A stretch of DNA of 64,000 bases from Lama guanicoe (lineage: Eukaryota): contig MU053588.1 in the NCBI GenBank assembly GCA_013239625.1, positions 3,190,799 to 3,254,798 on the forward strand, written 5' to 3'. Under the pieces are notes generated by a model. That model made no database searches. It had not been told where the DNA came from and saw nothing but the letters and a program-made list of their open reading frames with translations. Below are positions 53,401 through 64,000 of this stretch, in pieces; position 1 is the first letter of the stretch, and every line of letters starts with the position of its first letter. Position numbers and translations under genes: made by a program.

Positions 53401-55184
53401 ATAACGAATGTAAAAAATGTTGGGGGTGGGGCAAAAAACAGCTCAGAACCTCAGTATATGAGCATAGTCCTTGTGCCCCCCTGTACTGGGTCTGGGCTGG
53501 AGCTCTGTGAGGGCAGGGCCTGGGCTCCTTCCTGCATTGGCCTCTGCTCCAGCCCAAGACACGGTGGCTCCAACCTAGATCCACACCCCAGCCTCCTTCC
53601 TCCCTGGTCTCCCTGCCTCTGGTCTCAGGGACTCGAAGTCACCCTCCATGGTACAGCTGTGGTTGGATCAGCTCAAAACCTTCCTTGGCTCCCTAGAGCC
53701 CTCAAGATAAAGTTCACAAGTCTTATAAGGACCATCTATGACCTGACCCTTGACGTACTGCTCATCAACACAGCTGCACATCCCAACACTTACCCCACTG
53801 TCTAGTACCCTTGACTTTGCAGATTCAGCGTCCTTCAAATACTTGTTTTTGCCTCAAGGTCTTTGTACAAATTCTTCTTCTCTGCTTGGAGGTCCTGCTG
53901 CTGGCCTTGCCAGGTTCCCTTCTGCACACCCTTTGGGTCTCACTTTAGAGGCCCTGGCCTCTTCTCCAAGAAGCCCTTCCTGACTTCCCGTGGCCTCCTG
54001 GGCTTCCTCCATCCCAGCCCCACCACTCTGGATAGTCACTATGTGGAACAGGTCTGTCTACTCCAGGGACCATAAGCCCTGTGAGAGCAGGGCTCTGTCC
54101 TTAGCACCAACCAGCACAGGGCACCAGGCACTGAGAGGGCACTCAGTCAACAGTGGATTAATAAACAGATGAGAAAAAGATGCTAGGGAAGAGGCTGGTG
54201 ACGTGTCTGTCACCCTCCATGAAAGTTGCTCTGACAAGACCGAGGCCAGCTGGCTCTCAAGCACTGTATCAGAAATGCTTCTCCCCTCGCCCCGGCCTCA
54301 GCTCTCTAGCCACACTAGCCATCCTCAGCTGTGCTACTTCTGGCCTTGGAGCCTTCCTGTCAGCCTCTGAGGGAGGCTCTTCTATCCCATGGTTGCTGGC
54401 TCCAACTCATCCTTCAACTCTTAGCTTATACACCCTATCCTGAGGGCAGTCAGACTAGATTCACACCTGGAGGCACGCGCAGCACATCCCCAGTTCCCAA
54501 CGTGGCCACGCCTGTGCTATTTACCAGGTGCAGTGGTGAAGATGAGGGTTCTAGTCCCAGTCCTGCCACCACCTGGCATAAGGACCTGTTGGAGCCTCAG
54601 TCTTCCCATTTGTAACCCAGCATTATGGCTGAGTGGTCTTGAGTCAGCCTGCCTGGGTTGGAAAGCTAGCACCAGGATTTACTAGCCATGTGACCCTGGG
54701 CAAGTTACTAACCTGGCCTCAGTTTCTTCTAAATGAGCTTGATCATAGCAGTGTTCAGAATGTGGTGAGTACTACACTAAAGGTGGGTGTGAGGTTAGGT
54801 GAGATAACCACTCACACTGCTTATCATGGCGATGCCCCTGCCAGGCTTCCAGACGTGGGAGCTGTCACCATGACTGTCATCTCTGTTACCCTCTCAGCTC
54901 CGTGGGGGCCTGGCTTCAAGCCTGCACTCAGGAAGGGTTTGCTGACTGATGGACCCCTTAAGACTGCATTTCCAACAGGAGGCCTCTGGAAACACTGCAC
55001 TGAGCCTTGAAAGTCTACTCCCTCACCTGACACGTGAATTCCCACTTGAACATCTGTGCAGAGAGGAGGCCAGCCTCCCCTTGGGTCCCTCCCAAGGTGG
55101 GAGCTAACCTCTCTCGAGACCCAGTTTGCAAGTGATCCTGTTCAAAATGAGCCCTCGCCCAGACCAACCACCTGAACCTCTTAC

Positions 55185-57966
55185 CTGTCCCAGGCCGGCC
55201 CATGATGACTTCCTTTTTGGGGGCAGGATGGCTGGTGTAGCTGCTGGGCACCAGGACCGGCAACAGGGCAGCAGGTGAGGGGTGAAAGGCCACCGGCTGG
55301 AAGGGCGAGGAAGCCAGGCCAAAGGTGGGCATCGGCTGGGCCACAGCAGTCGGCGCGGCTGGAGGCACAGTGATGGGCACGGGGGCCGGCAGAGGTGGGG
55401 GCAGGCCAGGCTTCCCACTGGCCACCCCAGGGGGCACTGGGGTCTCTCGGCAGCCCCGCCCAGGTCCCCCGGCCCGTGCCTCACTGGCAGTGCCCACTTC
55501 CCCAGGGAATTTGGAGGGCAGCGGCACATCAGGGTTGCGGACAATGACAGGTGAGTCCCGCTGCACAGCAGGCACCCTGCGCACGGAGGGCCCAGGATCC
55601 GAGGTCAGGCCGGCAGGTGGGGGCAACAGCAGCAACGGTGAGGGCTGGCGGGAGCGGGAGAAGGGCACGGCAGGCGACACAGCACGGAAGCCAGCTGGTG
55701 TGGAGGGTGTAGGCGTGTGGGACACCGAGTCCACACCAGAGTCTAAGCTGTCACTCTTGGGGAAGTCTGGGGCAGCTCCTCCGCCCCCAGAGCCAGAGGC
55801 CCCCAATGCCCCTGGGTGGGGAAGCAGCTCTGTCTTCCGTCGCCCAGGGCTGATGGGCACAGTAAAGGTCAGGTTGGTCTGGAAGGTGGGTAGGATGCCG
55901 GAGGAATGGCGCTCTCGGGGAGCAGGTGGCGGCGGGTGGGGGCCCAGGTCTGGTGGCGTCAGCACACCTGCCTTAGGGGTACTGGCGCTCAGGTGGCGAC
56001 TGCGAACAGCAGTACGCTGGATGACTGGCGAGGCGTTGATGGGGCTGAAGTTGGCGGGGCGGAAGCCAAAGAGTGGTGAGGGTGAAGGTGACGGGGCTGG
56101 CGAGAAGGGCGACTGCGTAGAGACTGGAGAGAAGGAGGGCGTGCCTGAGCGAGAGCTGCCCAGTGACACCAGCATCACAGCCGCTTCACACTCGTCAAAC
56201 TCAAAGCGTGACAGGTCAGCGGGGGCCACCAGGCGTGGACGTGAGTCTCCTCGGGCCGCCACACTGCTGGCCTCACTGTCCCGAGAGGTCTCATCACCCC
56301 AGTCAAACTCGGTGCTACCCTCACGGGCTGCCACGCCAGCCGGCCGCCCAGCCCCACCTGGGCCACTGTCCGCCAGGCCCTCCATCTCTTTGGTTCGCAT
56401 GGACAGGTGGCGTGAGCAGTAGCCCCGCCGCTGTGACTCCTTCATGCAGCCATCTCTCGAGCACAGCCGTCGCCACTGCTTGCCGTTGAACTTCTTTCGA
56501 ATTCCATTGGGTGTGCAGACCACATCACCCTTCTTGTATTTCTGCTGGGCTGCGGTCAGGGGTGTACGGGCCCGGGCGGCTGGCGCGGTCCCCTTCTCCA
56601 GAGAGGCCACACTGCTGCTCCGGCTGCCGCCCTGGCTCCCCTCCTGGCAGGGTGAGGGCTGCTCGCCAGGGCGGCCTGGGCCTGCGAAGGCTGGGGATTT
56701 GGGTGGTGGTGACAGGAGCTGAGGCGGGGCCAGTGGGAGCAGGGCCGGGGTGCCCAGGGCTGGTGGGTGCTTCTCCTCACCCTCCTCACAAGCTCCCAGG
56801 TTGCCACCAAAGCTGATCTTGGATACCTCAGCATCCTCAGGCTGCTTGGGGTCCAGGGCAGCAGGGCAGGGGGGCAGGGCAGCCCCTGGCTCAGCCTGCT
56901 CCTCCTCAGGGCCCGTTGAGGGCTTTCTAGGCAGGGCTTCAGGGTCCCAGGGGGGCCGCAGCAGGCGCAGGCTGGAGCGGGCCACCCACACTGCCTCCTC
57001 AGGCTCACGGTGTGGTGGCTGTGGTGGCTGTGGTAGGGTGGCTGCTGGGCCTGGCTGGGAGCTGAAGCGGACCTTGTAGGCAGCTGGCTTGGTAGCCACC
57101 TCCACCACCACACCCTCACGGTAGGCAGCCATACCAGGCTCCACACAGGTACAGACAGCTGTACCAACCACCAGTGCACCTGGCGGTGGTGTGGCATCCA
57201 AAACCACATCCACACCACCGCCCGGTGCTCCCTCGTAAAAAGTCAGGGCCCGGTCCCCAGGGAACTGCACACCCAGGTCCTGGCTTCGGCGCACCTGGCG
57301 CACCACAGCCGGCAGGAAGAGGCCATCCCCACGCCGAGCCAGCACTCGCTGGGACCGCAGCTGCCGCAGGTCATAGCCAACACTGGTGCTGCCAGGGGTC
57401 CAGGGGCCTGGACCACAAGCTTCAGCCGGCTCATCCTCCAGGTCAGCTGAGTGCTCACTGGCTGTGTCAGTGGAGGAGGAGCGGGTGGAAGTGGGTGGCC
57501 GTGGAGGCACACCCAGGGCACTGGCCTCGTCGGGGGTCCGTGCCTGCTCTTCAGGGGCACCAGCTACCCCACTGCTGCTGCCACTGCCAGCCCCATGCTC
57601 CTCCACATACTTCTTCTTGGGCGCTCGTGACTTGAACGTGGCTGTCTTTCGGCTGAGTGAGGGCTCCCAGCGGCCTGCCTCCCCCTCCACCTTGGGTTCC
57701 TCAGCTGGGCCTGGGGCTGGGTCATGGGGATGCAGCTCTGGGGGCAGCCCCTCGGCCCCAGGGCCCCGCTCAGCCTCCTCCTCCTCACCCTCCTCAGCCT
57801 CTTCTGGCCCTGGCTGCTGCTGCTGCGCGTCATCATCTTCCTCCTCTGGCTTGTCGCCCTCCCCAGCCCCTCGCCGCCTCAGGGCCTTGGCCCTAGTGGC
57901 TGGTGGGGACTTGCCACCGCTGCCAGAACCGGGGAGGCTGGCACAAGCCTTCTTCATTGGCTTCAT
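55185..57966 (-). CDS. CIC: CIC-L specific large first coding exon (joins the common exon 43527-43676; CIC-L about 2513 aa)
   Basis: 2782-nt open exon MKPMKKAC...[11 protein letters not shown] with phase-1 donor g|gtaag at 55184. Contains the N1 region ([32 protein letters not shown]). Confidence 0.96.
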
Positions 57967-58309
57967 CCTTTGTCTGCCTGCAGAGTAGGAGGGCAGACAA
58001 GGATCATCGGGAGCAACTCAGGAGCACCCCAGACCCAGTGTCCTCTAAAGACTTCCCACTTGCTGAGGCCACTGCCTCAACTCCATGATTCCTGAGGCTT
58101 CCTTCTTGGCTGTCCTCAACTCTGAGGGCCCCTGACCAGTACCCAGACACAGACTGGCACTCATGTCCCCTGAGCTATACACTCTGGCTCCTTGGAGATG
58201 CTCACATAATCTGCTTCCTCTGCAAAGGACACAGTAGGTACCTGCACACACTCTGACTGCCCCAAGGAGCGTGAGCAGCAGTAACAGTTCATGCCTATGA
58301 AACACTCAC

Positions 58310-58525
58310 TTTGTGCCAAGCCCTGGGCTAAACCTGCCTTTATTAGCCCATTTCATCCTCACAACAGCCCGAAGAGGCAGGTGCTACTATCAGCCCCATT
58401 TTACACTTGAGGAAACTGGAGCACAGAGAGATCAAGCAACTTGTCCAAATTCATCCAGCTAGGAAATGGCAGAGCTAAGATCTGAACCCAGGCAATCTGG
58501 CTCCAGAGTCTGAGCTCCTAACCAT
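58310..58525 (-). mobile_element. MIR SINE
   Basis: atcctcacaacagccc...ccccattttacacttgaggaaactggagcacagagagatcaagcaacttgtccaa...gaacccaggcaatctggctccagagtc. Confidence 0.8.
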
Positions 58526-60339
58526 TTCAGTGCGCCGCCTGTCACATGATCCAGAGGGTACGCTTCCTTGCACTGTCACTGTCCAGAGAGCACACACACA
58601 CGCACACACACACGCACAGGCACAGTCACAGAAAGGGAGGTGACTGGGCTGTGATGTGAGCGTCTCTCTACGGCCACCCCCCAACCCCTCTGGGCAGCCT
58701 GGCATGGACAGGCAATGTGGGAAGGAGTGGGAGGCTGAGAGTCCCAAGGGACAGCTGCCCACTCTGCTCTGCACCCCAGGCCTGCCAGGTATAGCCATCT
58801 CCCCAGATCCTGGCAGGGAACAGGCAGGGGCACGTCTGGGGCAAGAGCTCATACCCAATGCTGCCACGGGGCCGTGCATAAGCACACGCACGCGCACAAA
58901 CACACACACACGTCATCACACAGTGGGACACAGACCAGCACCCCAGGGTTTCCCTGTCCCACTGGATGGGAGCCTGCCCCTCCCCCCACAGCACCCAGCG
59001 TGATACCCAAAAGCCCAGCCCCCCCTTCTGGCCTGCGTGCATCCCCGCCCTGGCTAGGCTGGCTCTGGCAGGGTGGCTGAGCTGACTGGACCCCCCTTGC
59101 CCCCAAATATGCCCTCAGACTCCAGGTGGGGGTAAGTGGGAGAAGGTCAAAGAAAGCAGGACAAGCCCAGCAGGCCAACCTCACCCACTTCCTGAACAGT
59201 CATTACTGCCCGCCCCCTTTCAAGCTGCCCTGAGAAAAGAGAAGGGAAAAAACTTTACTCTGAAGTGACTAAGAGAACCTGAGAGGCCAAAAAGGGGGCC
59301 TCTGGGAGGGTTGGGAGACCCAGGATCATAAGCCAAACACAATCTGAGGCACCCCTGACTCAGTCTTCAGGCTCCCACGGTACCCGTGACCTCATGTTCT
59401 CCCACTTGGGGCCTGCTGCTCCTTTGGTTCCTACAATCCCAGGCTGCCCTTTCTCTGAGCCAATCCTGGGGTCTTCATAGGCAGAGGCTGGAGGGCCTGG
59501 AGCTTCTCACACTGGGGCAGGCACCCAAGTGCCTGGGAATTGGGCAGCCAGCCCCACCACCTTCTCCCCACTGACCCGCTGGGCCACCATCCTGGGGGCT
59601 GACATCCGGCCCCAACACAAACCTTTGCATACCCCACCCAGGGCCTACAACCACACTGCCTGGCACCCCTGGACCCTGCTGCCTGGCCCAGCCTCTTCAC
59701 ACCAGAAGCCAAGCCTCTTTCTTTCCACTGGGGCCTACTCTCTTCCTGTCCACTCCTCTCTGGATAACTCCCACTCCTCACTGGATAATTCCCACCCTGT
59801 GGGCCCTCACCTCCCTCAGAATCTGAGCAGTAACTCCTGTGAAGCCCAGGCCGACCCAGGCTCTTCAGGGTCTCATGTCCTCCCCTCCCATCAAGCCTCC
59901 TGGCACCAGCTTCTCTGCCACTCTCTCTCCATCCTGTTAACATCTCTATCTCTACCTCTCTCTTCACAGGCCCTAGGCCCCCTCCTCAATCACCCTCTCC
60001 TTGTCACCCTCAACTATCTCTGTCACCTCTTTCTCCCAGTCACTCTCATGTCAGCCATCTCTGGACCTGTCACCTTCTCTCCCCATCACCTCTCCTTGTC
60101 ACCCCCTCCAACTCTGTCCCCTCCCTCTCCCTGTCACCCTGATCTAGTCCTGTCACCCCTCCATTCCTGTTACCCACCACCCCCTCCTTGTCACATTTTT
60201 TCAGTCACTCCTTCTACCCACCACTTCCTCCACTCTGCGCCCCTTCCCACCATCCCACTCACCCCTTTTCCCCTGTACCCCCTCCCCGTCTCTGCCACCT
60301 GTCCCCTCTCGGCCCCCAGCACCCCAAATCCCCCCTGCC

Positions 60340-61570
60340 CGTGTCAGCCCTGGCCCCGCCCCTCACCTCGGGCTCAGCGGGGTTTCGGGGCGGGGGGTCG
60401 TGGCCCCGGCTCGGTCCGGTCCGGTCCCTCCCCGCCCCCCCTCCGGCTCTCCCTCTCGATTCTCCCTTTTTTTTACTCCAACACACAAAATGGTGAATGG
60501 ACCTGCAACAGCTGGAGCAGCCAGCCAATCAGCGGCCACAACCCCGCTGACCGGCGCCGTCCTAGGCCAATAGATATTCGGAGCCTCGTCGGCTCCGCCT
60601 CTCAATGACGAGCGACGTTTGCCACAACCAATCGCGCCCACCCGGCAGCGTTAGGGGGAGGAGCCAAAGTCCAAGATCAGCCTCCCTCTGGGACCGACAC
60701 CAACCTGAGCCTACGACCGCCTGACCAGCCTAGGGTCCTGCCCTACAACAAGCGATGGACACCAGTATTGACCAATCGCGAGCCGTCTTAGTGCCGAATG
60801 ACGAATACAGTACCCAGTCACCTTGCACTCTAGGCCGGAACCAGCCTCTGTGAGGGACAGTAGCCAGTGAAATGCAAGGAGGAGGGGCTAAGGGTAGGGC
60901 TCTCCAATCAACAGGCTTAGAAGGCGTGGCCTGAGCATTTGTTGACCGGCTAGTCGCAATTCCTGCTGGGAGTGGTAGTCTTCTTACGTCTCCGGCCCAT
61001 AGTAAACAGTACGTGGCAGACTACAACTCCCATGTGACAGAGTGACTGGAGCTCCGAAGAACCCGTGCGAGGAGAAAAAGTCGAAAGAGCAGTTCCTCGT
61101 AAGTCTCTCTGGACCCCAGGAGCATTTTAGACCCAAGGCCCCGACTCACCCGGATTCCCGGCTCTGGCGTCACCGCTGGCTTCTCTCAGTGGCGGCGGCA
61201 GCGGCACGAGGGGGAGGTGCGAGGAGCAACCAACCGCCACCCGCGAGCCCCGCAGCCAATCAGCAGCGGTCGGGGCGGCGCAATGACCTCACCGGGTTCT
61301 ACTCTCTTACCCCTCCCCCACGTGGTTGTTGCTGCTGGTAGCCGGGAGTAGGGAAGTTTGGGGTGGGAGGGGGAGGGGAGAACAAGTGATGTCACCTTTC
61401 CCCCGCTTGATTGGCTGCCGGGTGGCCGGGACTACAACCAATCAATAGTCTCAGAAAGTCTGGCGCGGCCTCGCGGAAAGCCTTGTTGCCACCGGGAGGG
61501 AAAAGAACGTGCGCTTGTGGGGTGGCGCGCGCTGCAGAGTAGTGAAGGCGCTCGGCCTGGGGTTTGGTGG
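60340..61570. promoter_or_regulatory. CIC-L promoter with candidate non-coding exon 1 (donor at 60366)
   Basis: CpG island with minus-strand donor gag|gtgagg at 60366, at least 7 CCAAT boxes and ZNF143/THAP11-type ACTACAnnTCCCA motifs at about 60966-60980 and 61020-61032. Confidence 0.7.
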
Positions 61571-61699
61571 CTCTGGGGACAGTCACTTCCTTCAAGACTT
61601 TGGCATTTGGGACAACGCAGTTTATTGACAATCCCCCCTAGTTATGAGGGGAAGGCAGGAAATGGGGAAATGCGGCGCTTTTTTAGCTTCACACTACAT

Positions 61700-63000
61700 T
61701 CCGTGAAGAGCTACACTTTAGGGGTGTTCACACCTGGCAGGAGCAAGATTTTTTTTTTAGGTGGGGGATCATACTGGGAATGGGGAGGAGAGCCATATGC
61801 CCTGTCAGTAGTAGATTCCTGCTGAACATATACGGGATTCACACCTGGCAGTGCATCCATGCTCTCTGCATTGCATTTGCCCTGGGAGTAATGGACTTTA
61901 GGGGAGTCACCTCCTGCGTCTGATGGATTCCCAGTATCCACACGGGATTCATACCAGGTGTAAAGAAAATGCACCCAGCAGGGCCCTACTGCCTGTAATA
62001 CTCACACTACCGGTGAGCCTCCCAGCAAGAAAGAAATGTCAGTTGTCCAACGGGATTCACTGAACATAAAAGATTCACATTATCCATAAGAGTCACATTG
62101 TCTGCTGTCCATAGAAGATTTGCCTTGATAGTGAGGGAAATTTCACTGTCTACAAGGAGTTCACACTGGAAAGGAAAGTTACACTATTACTTATGCTATT
62201 ATATTATGACATACTATCTAATACTATCATATTATTACTACTATTTTAATATCATTTTAAAAGAGAGTTTGCATTTGCATGAGTGGGCCCTAAGATGAGG
62301 GAAATTTTACAGGGCAGTTTATACTGTGCACGTTGGGTGGCTGATGGGTCTGAGGAAAGTTTATACTCATCAGAGAGTTCCAGCTGCCCACTTAGGTAGG
62401 GCCTTGGAGAAAGGTTCCTGCTGTTCCATAATGGGTTCACAGCAGCCACAGAAAGTTCCCCAAGCATGGAGATATTCACTGTCCATGTTAACTTTGTCGT
62501 GGATATGAAAGAGATTATACTGTCCATGGGGAGGCACATGCTGGGTGAAAGTTTGCGTTGCCCATGGGAGCTTACGTTGCGTTGAGGGAAGATTTCCATT
62601 GATTGGGATAATGTTTCATGTTCCACAGTTTACAACAGGTGTGAGGGAGTATTAGACTCAGTGGGCAGACCTGTACTATCCACGAATCAATTCATCCTGC
62701 CTAGGGAACACTCTGCTGTAGTAAAAGGGGGTCTCTACTGTCTGTTCAGAGTTGTCTCTGGCTGTGATGTGTTTTTAATGTCCACAGAGGGATTCCCACT
62801 GCTTATTCAAGTTACACTGTGCATAAAGGAGACCAGTCTGTGGGAGCTCACACTGTCCAAGGCCTATATCACCTGTCATTGAGGAAAGGTGTGCACAGGG
62901 AGCTGTACCCTGCCCCTGGAAGAATTACATAAAATGTAGTTAACTTAGTTACACAGTTCATTGAAATTACACTGTCATGTGGAGTTGGGGGGGGCAGGGG
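61700..63000. repeat. Highly degenerate ~20-bp motif array
   Basis: Recurring variants of RGRRTTCACACTGTCCA (gggattcacacctggca, gagttcacactgga, aagttacactgtgca, gagctcacactgtcca). Confidence 0.5.
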
Positions 63001-63477
63001 TGGTGCAGTGAGGTTGCAGGAAGCAGAATAAAACAAGCTTAGCCAGGCTGCTCAGGGTCAAACCCAGCTGGGCTTCTTCCCAGTTGTGTGACCTTGGGCA
63101 AGTCACTTAAACCCCCTGTGCCTCAATTTCTACATCTGTAAGAGGATAATATTGTTTAACCCTATGGCATAGGCTTGTTATGAAGATATAATTAGTTAAG
63201 ATGTGCAAAGCATATAGGTCAGTGTCTCTAGCCGGACAGAGCCTCAAAAATGTTAACTCTTGTTGTGATTATTATTATTCAGAAGTTTATCACTACCTGA
63301 AGAGTTTATGCTGTCACAATCTTACTGGTAACCTTGTCCATAGTTTGTATGTATTGTGGTGGTGCTAGTGGTGATGATTTTTAGAAGGATTCTAGGGTTC
63401 AGCATATCTGTGGGGCACTTATCAATCTGTCAGGAGGCATTATGGTCCAGTGCTTGATGTCTCAGCTGTGACTATTC

Positions 63478-63607
63478 TTTTGTTTGTTTTTGTTTTGGGG
63501 GGAGGTAATTAGGTTTATTTATTTATTTATTTAATAGAGGTAATGAACCCAGGACCTCGTTCGTGCTAGGCAAGCACTCTACCACTGAGCTATACCTTGA
63601 CCTCCCC
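63478..63607 (-). mobile_element. tRNA-derived SINE, Vic-1-like (camelid)
   Basis: Reverse complement reads ggggagg..ggtatagctcagtggtagagtgcttgcctagcacgaacgaggtcctgggttca...aataaacctaattacctcccc followed by an A-rich tail. Confidence 0.85.
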
Positions 63608-63897
63608 AGCTGTCATGATTTTTAGCTGTGTAACTTTGGGCCTGTAACCACTCTCAGTCTCACTCTCCTCACCTGAAAAATGGGGATCATTAGAATATGT
63701 ACCTCATAAAGTTAAGGTGAGGATGAAATGAGATGCCTTGCGTATCATAAGTGCTCAATAAATAGGAGTGTTGATTTTTATGTGACCCATCCTGCACTGG
63801 ACTCTAGGAAACCTCTATCATTTAAGAATTCACCATTTCTTGGCCTTTATTTGGGGCGTATTGTCAGTGATGGTTTACACTGCCCTTCAGAGAGTCG

Positions 63898-63922
63898 TGT
63901 GTGTGTGTGTGTGTGTGTGTGT
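63898..63922. repeat. (GT)n microsatellite
   Basis: About 12 GT units. Confidence 0.9.
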
Positions 63923-64000
63923 TGAATGGGGTTGAATACTTTTCATTTTGGTGAAGTGGGGTTAATATAATTGTATGAAAGTTATAGAAGCCCAGAGGGT

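Noticed and set aside
55325..56422. 365-aa plus-strand ORF antisense to the CIC-L exon, and similar antisense ORFs
   Set aside because: Expected shadow of a GC-rich coding exon; no recognisable domain or independent promoter.
59529..60608. 359-aa plus-strand ORF with a HSSLDNS repeat
   Set aside because: Non-ATG start in C/T-rich low-complexity DNA; the repeat is a two-copy 21-bp duplication near 59752-59793.
61000..64000. Expected neighbour ERF
   Set aside because: No ETS-domain coding exon is visible; if synteny holds it lies beyond the window.

Overview
Mammalian genomic DNA, GC-rich and gene-dense, matching from recall the human 19q13.2 block MEGF8-TMEM145-PRR19-PAFAH1B3-CIC. Two tRNA-derived SINEs of the Vic-1 type point to a camelid (camel/alpaca/llama). 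I traced exon-intron structures by hand from GT/AG boundaries and reading-frame continuity. The window holds the 5' part of MEGF8 (minus, exons 1-15, running off the left edge), complete TMEM145 (minus, three possible C-terminal endings), PRR19 (minus), PAFAH1B3 (plus) and CIC (minus, CIC-L and CIC-S first exons). It also has six or seven CpG-island/promoter regions, L1/MIR/L2/MER3 fragments and one 72-N gap. I see no new gene family or self-contained novel system. The best leads are cis-level: an 18-bp duplication copying the MEGF8 exon-1 splice donor in frame, three alternative TMEM145 tails, uORFs over the CIC-S and MEGF8 starts, an MSR1-like minisatellite, a germline-type PRR19 promoter, and several degenerate short-period repeat arrays beside CpG-island promoters. 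Gene names rest on recalled protein sequences; no database search was run.
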